Shown here: piece by piece, positions 29,601-39,019 of the stretch
Layout: every line of letters starts with the position of its first letter
How positions within the stretch are numbered: position 1 is the stretch's first letter
From: Sphingobacteriaceae bacterium
GTDB lineage: Bacteria > Bacteroidota > Bacteroidia > Sphingobacteriales > Sphingobacteriaceae
Assembly (NCBI GenBank): GCA_017745075.1
Contig: JAGIAD010000001.1
Location: 702,876 to 766,875, forward strand
Reading direction: 5' to 3'
DNA length: 64,000 nt
Program-made: the position numbers and the translations under genes
The notes under the pieces: generated by a model
Database searches by the model: none
What the model saw: the letters and a program-made list of their open reading frames with translations, nothing else
Told to the model about the DNA's origin: nothing

Positions 29601-30860
29601 TTATATTTTAGTTCCGTATGCCCCAACAAACGTAGATGGTGAAGGGGAAATATAGGTGATGCCATTTTTCATGATAATGCCAGCTTTATGATGGCGGGTA
29701 AAATTAGTAATGCCTTTACCCAAAGCCGGCGAGTTGCCCTGCAGGTGAAAATCCCATGCGGTATTGAAATCGGCATTGGTAAGGGCTGTATTTAAAGGAT
29801 AATTTACAAATTTAGGATCATTTGCACCTGCAACACTGCTGATTACATCATTTTTGCCACCCACAATATCGCCTGTAGGTTGAAACTGATTTACAGTGGT
29901 CTGGTCGAAACCATAATACCAGTTATTGCTGTAAGCAGAACGGCTATCTTCGGGCTTTTTGGGATCTCTTTTCACACCAAAACGGGTATTGGCGAAAAGA
30001 TTATTAAACAAATCGGCACGTACCGTGCTCTCCAACCAGACTGATCCGCCTTTGGCAGTTGGTCTTCTCCAGCCTGTATTTACCATGGTATTGTTGTAGG
30101 CAATAATGTAGGTTTGTGGTGTTTTATCTCCCGTATTTGATAATTTCAAGGCGTTGGTATTGGTGCTATAAACCAAATTATAGGCAATATCTGCCAAACA
30201 ACCCGATTTAAAGTTCATGGCCTCTCCACCGGTTACGCCTGTGGTGTAAAACACATTATTAGCAAAAATGATCTTTCCGCCCTCAATGTAAGTACAATCT
30301 TCCTGTAGGTTTCTGAAAATACTGTTTTGAACAACCAATTTGCCGTTGGCGTTGGCGAACCAGAGTGCCGGCAGGTTTTCACCCGCTTTCGCTTTATAAA
30401 GGCCCATTTTAACCGATGTCGAAGCATCTGAAGTAGTCGATCCTCCATATTCTAGAATAACATGATCAAGTACCAACTCCTCGCAGGTTGGACCGGCCAA
30501 AATACCACCCCAAAGCTTTCCGAATTTTTTTGATGGGGTTTTATAAAATTCATTTACCGTAAATTTGATTGGATTCTCGGCGGTCCCCAAAGCGTACAGA
30601 TTGCCTTTTATAATAATTTCTGGTTTGGCCACCGTATCCATTAGTACCGTTACTCCTTCTTCGATGGTTAGCGTTTTCCCTTCAGGGATTACAATGTCGC
30701 CTTTAATTACCTGTGTACTGCCTTTGGCCCAGACGCCGGAAACCTCACCGATAGCCGAACCGTCAACAGCGGTGGTATCAACATTTATATTGGCTTTTTC
30801 GCATCCCGCCAGGGCAAGCACAACCAGGCTTAACAGTGTAAAAAACAGTTTCGTTTTCAT
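29601..30860 (-). CDS. Lipoprotein, beta-helix-like, unknown function
   Basis: Lipobox LALAGCEKA. Its repeat architecture resembles the ORF at 12673-13980 (TLTIEEGVTV, VILEYGG). Confidence 0.7.
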   Translation of the reverse strand: MKTKLFFTLLSLVVLALAGCEKANINVDTTAVDGSAIGEVSGVWAKGSTQVIKGDIVIPEGKTLTIEEGVTVLMDTVAKPEIIIKGNLYALGTAENPIKFTVNEFYKTPSKKFGKLWGGILAGPTCEELVLDHVILEYGGSTTSDASTSVKMGLYKAKAGENLPALWFANANGKLVVQNSIFRNLQEDCTYIEGGKIIFANNVFYTTGVTGGEAMNFKSGCLADIAYNLVYSTNTNALKLSNTGDKTPQTYIIAYNNTMVNTGWRRPTAKGGSVWLESTVRADLFNNLFANTRFGVKRDPKKPEDSRSAYSNNWYYGFDQTTVNQFQPTGDIVGGKNDVISSVAGANDPKFVNYPLNTALTNADFNTAWDFHLQGNSPALGKGITNFTRHHKAGIIMKNGITYISPSPSTFVGAYGTKI

Positions 30861-30880
30861 GTCTTTATTTTTAAATGCTA

Positions 30881-33658
30881 TTAATTAAACTTATACCTAA
30901 AGCCAACAAGGTAGTTTTGGCCGTAATAATCACTTCTGATCAAGGTGTTTCCATTTTTAACCAAATCTTCGCCGATGTCGTTATTTGCCGGGTTTGTACC
31001 TTTTATAAATAGTTTTGTTGGTGTATTTAAGATGTTGTTGGCTTTTACAAACACACTGATTCCTCCTTTAAAACGCTTTTCTGCTGATGCATCCATCTGT
31101 ACAAATCCTTCCTGCCACAAATCGTTATTTAAGAATTGTGAAACCGTATTGATGCGTGGCCCTGTATAGGCACCTGCAACCTGGACATCCCAGCCTTTTT
31201 TGGTATCTTTAAACAATAGTGAGAGGTTGGCAATATGCGCCGACTGGCCATAAAGCGGACGTTCCTGGTTAACGTTAGCCGGTTCTGTATCTCCGGTAAT
31301 GCTGTTAATAACCCTGGTGGTTTTAGTAGTGTTAATACGCGAATGGGTGTAGGTATAATTGGCCTTCACGCCTATTTTGCTGAAATATTTGATATAATCT
31401 AACTCAGCACCGTAATTATTGGCTGTACCGAAGTTTCCCGGGCTATAGTAAATATCCTGACCGCGAACAGCATCGGCCTGGAAAGTATATTCAATTGGAT
31501 TTTTAATCCGCTTATAAAAAGCACCAACCAGCAACTGTTCTGAAGCACCTGGAAAAAGCTCATACCTTAAATCGAAATTATCGGCCAGTGCGCGTTGCAG
31601 GTTAGGATTACCACGCTCCTGGAATTCTTCATTAACCACTTTTCCGGGTACAATTTCGTAAAAACCCGGGCGGTTAAGCGCTTTATAGTAAGAAGCGTGC
31701 AACTGCGCTTTTTCTGTTAAAAAATATTTTGCAGTTAAACTAGGTAACACATCAGTATAAACCTGGTTTCCTTTTGGAAAGGATTCTCCCGCCGGAAAAA
31801 GCAGGTTATAACCCTGATTGGTGTGCTCTACCCTTGCTCCACCTATCACTTCAAGTTTAGCCGAAGTGTATTTAAACATCCCATAACCCGCAGTGGTTTT
31901 TTCTGTAGCATCGTAGGTCAGGGAATTGGCTACCGCACCTGTCGGATTGCTTACTACCAGGTTCAGGTCGGTATAACTTTGGAAATTCACATCATACACA
32001 TCATTTGCATGATCTGCCGCCTGGGCCAAATTGTAATTGTTAAAGAAGCTGCTCCTTTGTTTATCTCGGTATAAACCTCCAGCCATAATATCCAGTTTAT
32101 GGATTCCTGATAAAACATGGTAAGTCAGGTCCAGGTAACCCGCTAAATCTTCGTCGGTATTGCGTTCCCACCTGCGGGTAACGGGATTGGTATTGACTAA
32201 ACTGGTTCGCTTGCGTTGAAAATTCTGCTCCAATCCATTCAGGCTGATGCTGGTATTTTCGGGCACATCATTTTTAGCTGAAGAATAAACAGCAGACCAT
32301 TGCACCTTAAATTTATCATCAAAAAATTTATGATCGCCATGCAGTGTAGAATTGTAAACCTGCTGTTCGGTTAAACGGCTACGGGTATCAAAAACCAGCT
32401 GTGCATTTCCTGCAACGGGATCATAATCCTTGTTATAGGTAGTGCTTACAGCATCTCTAACCTGCTGGTTTTTCAGATTAACATACACATTATACAAACT
32501 GATCTGGTGGTCTTTGTTAAAAAAATAATCGATTTTTCCATGTAAGCCCGTACGTTGCTGTTGTTCTGAATATTCGCGATAACTCTTACTGGTTATGGTA
32601 GCATAAGCATCTGTACCCACGACCGAATTATTGTAAAAAGTGCTATTGCTACCGCGATAGGTATTCTGATAACTCCCAGCCAGCACTACACCTAACCTGT
32701 TATCCAAAAAGCGTTTACTTAAAGATAAACTGCCGATTAAATTTGGTGCCGGATTTTTATATTGATAATCGAGTGTTCCTTTGATGAAATCGTTCTGTGT
32801 AGCATTGTAGTTTTTGCCGTTTATTTCATAAGGCGATTTATAATGAATACCTGAAGCATTATAACTGGTAAACTTACGATCAAAAAACAATTGGCTATAA
32901 CCGGTAGAAACATTGGCATTTACCTGCAGCAAACCCGGGGCATTTTTCATCACCATATTAATTGCACCGCCAATCGCATCACCCTCTAAATTTGGCGTAA
33001 GCGTTTTATACACCTCTAAACGATCGAGTAAATCGGATGGAAAAAGATCAAGTGGAACATAACGGTATTTATTATCGGGACTTGGGATTTTAACGCCATT
33101 TACCAAAGTATAATTGTAGCGTTTATCCATCCCCCTTAATATGGCATATTGTCCGTCGCCGTTGCTGTTGCGTTCTATAGATACACCCGAAATACGTTGC
33201 ATTACATTGGCCACTGTTAAATCCGGCGAAATTTCGATTGCCCTGCCTGATACGATATTCATCAACTGCGGGGCATTTTTTTCGAGGTGCCTGGCACCCT
33301 GATCGGTAGCGCCAACTGTATTTGATTTAATAGTGATATCATCAAGACTTTTCGAATCGCTCTCCATGTAGAATTTTAAGTGATCATTATCTTCTTTCAG
33401 TATCGCAATAGTTTTTTCGATGGTTCTATAGGTAATGTAGCTTACACTGATTTTGGCAGTACCGGCTTTTACATCCTTAAATTCGAAAGTACCATCTAAT
33501 CCGGTATTGGTTATGCGCCTTGGGTTATCTAAAACCACTGTTGCACCTACAATGGCCTCTCCCGTTTGCTTATCGTAAACGTGGCCTTTCAGTTTTGTGG
33601 CATGAGCTGTGGCTGCACAAAAAAGAAGTAAAAACAGAATTTGTAATCGTTTGTTCAT
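30881..33658 (-). CDS. TonB-dependent receptor with carboxypeptidase-regulatory-like domain
   Basis: Signal peptide, CarbopepD_reg-like segment (LKGHVYDKQTGEAIVGATVVL), plug (DDITIKS), barrel, and a C-terminal FRYKFN. Confidence 0.9.
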   Translation of the reverse strand: MNKRLQILFLLLFCAATAHATKLKGHVYDKQTGEAIVGATVVLDNPRRITNTGLDGTFEFKDVKAGTAKISVSYITYRTIEKTIAILKEDNDHLKFYMESDSKSLDDITIKSNTVGATDQGARHLEKNAPQLMNIVSGRAIEISPDLTVANVMQRISGVSIERNSNGDGQYAILRGMDKRYNYTLVNGVKIPSPDNKYRYVPLDLFPSDLLDRLEVYKTLTPNLEGDAIGGAINMVMKNAPGLLQVNANVSTGYSQLFFDRKFTSYNASGIHYKSPYEINGKNYNATQNDFIKGTLDYQYKNPAPNLIGSLSLSKRFLDNRLGVVLAGSYQNTYRGSNSTFYNNSVVGTDAYATITSKSYREYSEQQQRTGLHGKIDYFFNKDHQISLYNVYVNLKNQQVRDAVSTTYNKDYDPVAGNAQLVFDTRSRLTEQQVYNSTLHGDHKFFDDKFKVQWSAVYSSAKNDVPENTSISLNGLEQNFQRKRTSLVNTNPVTRRWERNTDEDLAGYLDLTYHVLSGIHKLDIMAGGLYRDKQRSSFFNNYNLAQAADHANDVYDVNFQSYTDLNLVVSNPTGAVANSLTYDATEKTTAGYGMFKYTSAKLEVIGGARVEHTNQGYNLLFPAGESFPKGNQVYTDVLPSLTAKYFLTEKAQLHASYYKALNRPGFYEIVPGKVVNEEFQERGNPNLQRALADNFDLRYELFPGASEQLLVGAFYKRIKNPIEYTFQADAVRGQDIYYSPGNFGTANNYGAELDYIKYFSKIGVKANYTYTHSRINTTKTTRVINSITGDTEPANVNQERPLYGQSAHIANLSLLFKDTKKGWDVQVAGAYTGPRINTVSQFLNNDLWQEGFVQMDASAEKRFKGGISVFVKANNILNTPTKLFIKGTNPANNDIGEDLVKNGNTLIRSDYYGQNYLVGFRYKFN

Positions 33659-33708
33659 TGTGTTTGGTCATGTCTTTTTATTATCGACGGTCAAAGATGT
33701 ACACACTC

Positions 33709-33759
33709 GGTTACACAAAGAAATTATCAGGGTTACATAAAGGCAACAGCGTTACAACG
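33709..33759. promoter_or_regulatory. Cluster of direct GTTACA repeats upstream of the receptor/phytase operon
   Basis: GGTTACACAAAG (33709-33720), GGTTACATAAAG (33731-33742) and GCGTTACAACG (33749-33759). Hexamer starts are spaced 22 and 19 bp apart and lie 52-98 nt from the receptor start codon. Confidence 0.4.
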
Positions 33760-33919
33760 TCCATATATAAAAAAGCAACAACAAAACACAAATATTTGAT
33801 TATCAAAACATTAAATACCATAAAAAACGCCATTATGCTTTTATTACCGTTACATTAACGAATTGTTAAGCCCCTGAAACCGGTAAAAAACAGCCCGTAT
33901 ATTACAGCTGATGTAACGG

Positions 33920-35524
33920 TTATAATGCCTGGATAAATGCCGATAAATTATCGCCTTGTGCCAGGTTCAGCTTCTTCCTTAGCCTGTATCTCGATACCCT
34001 CAGGCTATCGGTAGATATACCGAGTAAGGTTGCAATATCGCCCGAATCGAGGTTCATTTTTAACAGTGCAATCAGGCGCATATCGGCTGAAGTAAGCTCA
34101 CTGCTGTATTTTTTAAGGCTTTCGAGAAATTGGTGGTGTACCTGTTCGAAAGCCAGCGTAAATTCTTTCCAGTTGCGTTCGTGGTTAAAGCTCTGGTTAA
34201 TCTCAGCCAGTATCTGGTTCATTTGCTTCTTCTGGTCGCGTTTATCTTCCTTTACCATCACTTGAAGTGTACTCCTCAGGTTTTCAAGGAACTGGTTATG
34301 CTTGATCAGATTTAAGGTGTGTGTAGATAACTCCCTGCTTTTAACCTCCAGCAATTGTTTCAGGTTTTGTTCTTCGAGCTGAAGGTTTTTGAGCTCCAGA
34401 CTGGTTATTTCGTGTTCTATTGCCTTTTGCCTTGCCAGCATCTGCTGATCTTTTAACTTTAACCGCTGCCTGCTGAAAATAACAAAGCCCAGAACGACCA
34501 GTAATATCATGACGATGGTGGCAGAAAAAGCAATAATCCTGTTTACCTTACGGTCGTTTTTCAGTTTGTTGATCTCATCAGATTTTTTATTGATGTCGTA
34601 AAGCACCTGCAAAAAGGCCGCCTGCCGGGCACCATCTTCAGAATACAGATCAATGGTATACTTATAACCAAGTTTTACATAGTGGTAGGCGCTGTCCATA
34701 TTGTTTAACAGCTCATAGGCCTTACCCAAATCCCTGCAACAGGAGCTTAACTGGTAAATATTCCCCATTTTTTCGGCCAGTTTCAGTGCAGTTTCTGTTT
34801 GAGCAATACTTTCTTTATACCGGCCGGTTTTACGGAGGATATCGCCTAGATTATTAATTACCTCAATACTCCCCAGGTGATTATGATCTTCCTGATATAA
34901 ATTTAATGATTGTTTAAAGTGCACGTAAGCAGAATCATAACGCTCCAGGTCTTCATAAATACTGCCCAGGTTTTCGTGTATTTTTGCAGCTGTACTTTTA
35001 TCGTTAATCTTTTCGTTTATTTTTAAAGCCAGCTTTTGATAGTAAAATGCGCTGTCGTAAAGTTGTCTTTTCTCGTATAACTGCCCGATATTACCCAAAA
35101 CAGTTACCTGTCCGGCCAGGTTATCCGATCTTTTATAAATGCCGATGGCTTTACTATAGCTGCGCATGGCTTTGTCTTTCTGCTTCATATAATAGTAGAG
35201 CACCCCGGCATCGTTAAGGTTAGCGGCCAATAAAAGCGATTGGTTGGCATTAGCGAATATTTTATCTGCTTTTAAAAAGAACTCTAAAGATTGGCTAAAA
35301 TGCCCTTGTGTATAACAGATCTTGCCCATCTGCTGCAAACATTTACCCTCCAAAAGTTCATCGTTATCATCTATAGCTTTGGCGTATATTTTTTTTAACT
35401 GAGCGAGGGCAGCAGTCGGATCTTTCTGGTGCAGTGCAATAACCGATTCGAATTTTTCTTCCCGGGCATTTGCAGTGAAAAGGAAGAACAGAAAAAAGAT
35501 AAGAGCACTAAGGGGTTTGATCAT
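33920..35524 (-). CDS. TPR-repeat membrane-anchored regulator with C-terminal LuxR-type HTH
   Basis: Signal/TPR region, one TM helix (IIAFSATIVMILLVVLGFVIF), a coiled coil, and a LuxR HTH (LTSADMRLIALLKMNLDSGDIATLLGISTDSLRVSRYRLRKKL). Confidence 0.85.
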   Translation of the reverse strand: MIKPLSALIFFLFFLFTANAREEKFESVIALHQKDPTAALAQLKKIYAKAIDDNDELLEGKCLQQMGKICYTQGHFSQSLEFFLKADKIFANANQSLLLAANLNDAGVLYYYMKQKDKAMRSYSKAIGIYKRSDNLAGQVTVLGNIGQLYEKRQLYDSAFYYQKLALKINEKINDKSTAAKIHENLGSIYEDLERYDSAYVHFKQSLNLYQEDHNHLGSIEVINNLGDILRKTGRYKESIAQTETALKLAEKMGNIYQLSSCCRDLGKAYELLNNMDSAYHYVKLGYKYTIDLYSEDGARQAAFLQVLYDINKKSDEINKLKNDRKVNRIIAFSATIVMILLVVLGFVIFSRQRLKLKDQQMLARQKAIEHEITSLELKNLQLEEQNLKQLLEVKSRELSTHTLNLIKHNQFLENLRSTLQVMVKEDKRDQKKQMNQILAEINQSFNHERNWKEFTLAFEQVHHQFLESLKKYSSELTSADMRLIALLKMNLDSGDIATLLGISTDSLRVSRYRLRKKLNLAQGDNLSAFIQAL

Positions 35525-35753
35525 GTTAAAAGCAATTTATCAGAGACAAAGCAGAACAAAGAAAGAGCACCCATGTTAACTTAAGGTTAAGTTGAAGAAT
35601 TAACTGATAGCGGCAGAAGTCAAAATCCAATTTTGGGGCCAGCGTTAAGCAATATTTTGTAATTTAGAAACCGAATAGCGGTTTACCGTTATGCCTCCCT
35701 TAAAACAAATAAGGCCTTTAATAATACAGCGCGAAAACCAAAAATTAATACAG

Positions 35754-36338
35754 ATGAGAAAGATTATCTTAAACCTAGCCGTTACATTGGATGGATACAT
35801 TGAAGGACCTAACGGTGAAATTGATTGGTGCATCATGGATGATGATACCAATTTCAACGATTTTTTAGATAGCATAGATTCTATTTTTTATGGAAGGATC
35901 AGTTACGATCTGTGGGGCAATTATCAACCTGGAGAGGAAGAGGATGAATTGATGAAATCAATCTCTGAAAACATTAACAGCAAGAAAAAATATGTTTTTT
36001 CGCATACCAAAGCTGATGATGGCACAGGCGCTATTTTTATCCATTCAGATATTGAAAAAAAGGTAACCGAAATCAAAAACCTTCCCGGAAAAGACATCTG
36101 GTTATATGGTGGCGCAAAACTAATCTCTACCTTTTTAAATGCAGGTTTGGTTGATGAACTACAGCTTGCGGTACACCCGGTAGTATTGGGTAGCGGAAAA
36201 TTACTGTTTAACGAAATTACCGACCGGGTTTGGCTCACATTAAAAGAAACTAAAAGCGCTCCATCTGGCGTTGTGCAGCTGATATATAGTGTGAAGGATA
36301 AATTAGCAAAAACCAATACCATTGATCAGGTGGATTAG
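35754..36338 (+). CDS. Dihydrofolate reductase-like (RibD C-terminal domain) family protein
   Basis: MRKIILNLAVTLDGYIEGPNGEIDW... and LYGGAKLISTFL. I moved the start to ATG 35754. Confidence 0.8.
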   Translation: MRKIILNLAVTLDGYIEGPNGEIDWCIMDDDTNFNDFLDSIDSIFYGRISYDLWGNYQPGEEEDELMKSISENINSKKKYVFSHTKADDGTGAIFIHSDIEKKVTEIKNLPGKDIWLYGGAKLISTFLNAGLVDELQLAVHPVVLGSGKLLFNEITDRVWLTLKETKSAPSGVVQLIYSVKDKLAKTNTIDQVD

Positions 36339-36367
36339 GGAATAAGCAAGGCGCCGTCAACAAATGA

Positions 36368-37018
36368 TTATGCTTTAATTTTCCTGGAAAGAATAATCTG
36401 ATAAACGTACAATGGCACGGACCACGCAAACCAGAAAATGGAAGGACTAACTTCACTCATATTGCCTACCCGTGCCATAATGGGCATCTTCAAAATCAAG
36501 GCTGATATTACAAAAGCAATGGTAACCATATAACTACGCACCATCCATTGTTTATGCTGTAGAAATTGTTTTTTTATTGCTGCTCTAAAAGCAATGAACG
36601 AAGCAGATATCCAAACAGAGACCCAAACCTGAAGTGAAAAAGCATAGGGCCAATTCACCTCATAAGCAGTTGTAAATGATAAAATAACTGCCGTAAAACT
36701 GCTGCCCAGAACAGCAAGCAGATACAGGTAACCTAATGCACGGTGAATTTTGGGACTGTAAAGCAACAATGATTTTAGAAACTGCGGTGGACCTGAAATC
36801 AGTGCTCCACCACCTGCTGTAATGTGAAGAATGAGTATATATTTAACGCGAAAATATTTCTCCATGGCAGCCTGTGTTAACTGCAGAAAATGATCTGCGC
36901 CATGCATAAAATACCAGGTCAAGAAAATAATCCCAAACCATAAAATTAAAGTTAGCAATTCTGAAATCCCTAAGCCAAAAATGTTGTTTTTTTTGAAAGG
37001 TGTATTTAAATTTTCCAT
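36368..37018 (-). CDS. DUF2306-like integral membrane protein
   Basis: 216 aa with about 6 TM helices. It sits adjacent to an HxlR regulator, as is common for this family; the family call is from memory. Confidence 0.55.
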   Translation of the reverse strand: MENLNTPFKKNNIFGLGISELLTLILWFGIIFLTWYFMHGADHFLQLTQAAMEKYFRVKYILILHITAGGGALISGPPQFLKSLLLYSPKIHRALGYLYLLAVLGSSFTAVILSFTTAYEVNWPYAFSLQVWVSVWISASFIAFRAAIKKQFLQHKQWMVRSYMVTIAFVISALILKMPIMARVGNMSEVSPSIFWFAWSVPLYVYQIILSRKIKA

Positions 37019-37149
37019 GTATCGATTCTTGTTTGTTTACAAAAATCAGTAATGGATGTATCTGCCACAATAAGGGAAAAAAGATTCGGTGACCGAAAAT
37101 TTATTCGGTGTAAATACTAATCTACAGACAAATTCATCAATAATTTAAT

Positions 37150-37512
37150 TTAAGCAGATACAGGTTCTTCTGTGCGCACCAGTGCCTTGTTTTCCGTTCC
37201 CCATTTATCCATCATTGCAATGAGTGGCATAATACTTAAGCCAGTTGTGGTTAAGAAATAATCAACACGGAGTGGATAACCAATCACAACTGTTTTGGCA
37301 AGCAGACCAGCTGCCTCTAATTCTCGCAGTTGCATATCAATTACCCTAGGCATTGCTGTGGGAATCTGTTTGTGAATCTCGGTTGGCCTCCGGTAACCAC
37401 GGCTAATGGCATCCAAAATGCAGGGTTTCCATTTTGCACCTAATAACTTCATAAATACCGTTATCCCGCAATCGAGGTCTTCAGGCAGTTTTCTATCGTA
37501 GCTTACAGCCAT
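37150..37512 (-). CDS. HxlR family winged-helix transcriptional regulator
   Basis: CGITVFMKLLGAKWKPCILDAIS..RPTEI...QLRELEAAGLL. Confidence 0.85.
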   Translation of the reverse strand: MAVSYDRKLPEDLDCGITVFMKLLGAKWKPCILDAISRGYRRPTEIHKQIPTAMPRVIDMQLRELEAAGLLAKTVVIGYPLRVDYFLTTTGLSIMPLIAMMDKWGTENKALVRTEEPVSA

Positions 37513-37837
37513 ATTTCTCAGGTTTATAATACCATTAAATTATTTAATGTATAAAATTAACTAAATTAAAAAAGAATGAAATCAGATTTAAGTCAGGTAA
37601 TTTATCCTTATTAAAAATCTTTAGCACAGCCTTAAACATCGGTGCTATCTTGAAATGCCAGGTAAAAGCAGAAAAGTAGTTACCAATGGAAAATACCGCT
37701 GGTTTGTTTGAGATTGATGTTAGTGCCGATTAGCATTTTTTTAGTCAGAAGTGCTTAACCGAGAATCCAGTTAGCTGTTAATCGATTTAAATAATTAGCC
37801 TTCAACTATTAACAATACCTAATAAAGAGATAATAAA

Positions 37838-38707
37838 CTAATTTAATTTTTTAACCTGGTTTCTATATTCGGAGGGTTTCATGCCTTTAATGGCCTTAAA
37901 AAATTTATTAAAGTTAGTAGGATTGTTAAATCCGCTGGCATAACAAACGTCAGCAATTGAGTAATCTTCAACCTGGAGTAACTTACAGGCATGCCCGATC
38001 CGTATTTCATTGATAAACTGCGTGAGCGATTTTTGTGCCCGCATCTTAAAAAAGCGGCAAAATGAATTGGGCGTCATGTTACATAATTCGGCTACCTCAT
38101 TCAGGTGAATATCGTTATGAAAATTTTTCATTAAAAACTGGTAAACCTTATTGATTCGGGTACTGTCTTTCTCATCGTAATGGTTTTTAAATGTAGCACT
38201 CGAAAGGTAGCGGTAGTGTTTCGACCTGGCCAGTATTTTAATGATTTCAACTACCGAGATGATATTATCAAAACCATCATTGTTAGCCAGGCTGAGTAAA
38301 ATAGGTTTCACCTTATTGGTGGTTTCCTTATCAAATACCATCCCCCGTGCTGCCCTCGAAGCCAGATCTGCTACCTGCAGCAAAACTTCCTGGTCATTGG
38401 TCAGCTTAGCGAAGAAATCGGCACTGAAGTAAACCACCACCGATTTTACGGTTTCATCGTCATGATCATCGTAGCGTTTATCATTTTGCCAGATATGGGG
38501 CAGATTGGGTCCCATCAGCACCAGGTCATCGTCTTCGAAATTCCCGATATGATCGCCAACGATCCTTTTACCCTGGCTCCGCTCAATCCACACCAGCTCG
38601 CACAAATCATGAAAATGGAAAGATGATATAAGCCGGTTATTATCAATGTGTTTGATATGGATGGACTTATCACCCGAATGGTTGACATTGATCAGTTCTG
38701 ATCTCAT
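37838..38707 (-). CDS. AraC family transcriptional regulator (cupin N-domain)
   Basis: C-terminal HTH (LNEVAELCNMTPNSFCRFFK...IADVCYASGFNNPTNFNKFFKAIKGMKPSEY). It is divergent from the SusC-like gene. Confidence 0.9.
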   Translation of the reverse strand: MRSELINVNHSGDKSIHIKHIDNNRLISSFHFHDLCELVWIERSQGKRIVGDHIGNFEDDDLVLMGPNLPHIWQNDKRYDDHDDETVKSVVVYFSADFFAKLTNDQEVLLQVADLASRAARGMVFDKETTNKVKPILLSLANNDGFDNIISVVEIIKILARSKHYRYLSSATFKNHYDEKDSTRINKVYQFLMKNFHNDIHLNEVAELCNMTPNSFCRFFKMRAQKSLTQFINEIRIGHACKLLQVEDYSIADVCYASGFNNPTNFNKFFKAIKGMKPSEYRNQVKKLN

Positions 38708-39019
38708 ACTTTTTTGTTAAAACCCTTATTTAGTAAACTAAATTAATGATAAATAGTAAAATATACTTATTTAAGGTAAAAAAGTTTAATTTTTTACAAT
38801 TATAGTTTTACAAAAGTGACAAGGGCCTCCCTAATTTTAGTATTTATAAATATTTAACTGCAAGCGGCGCCTGCGCTGTTGGATATTTTTTAAAAAAAAT
38901 AAACCGTATGACAAAAATCACCCTTTTTAGGTCACGCCACTTCTCCGGCTAATTTCTTTTGCGTACAAAAAAGATTAAGACAACTGAACATTAACTAACC
39001 AAAAAACAATTCAAAAATC

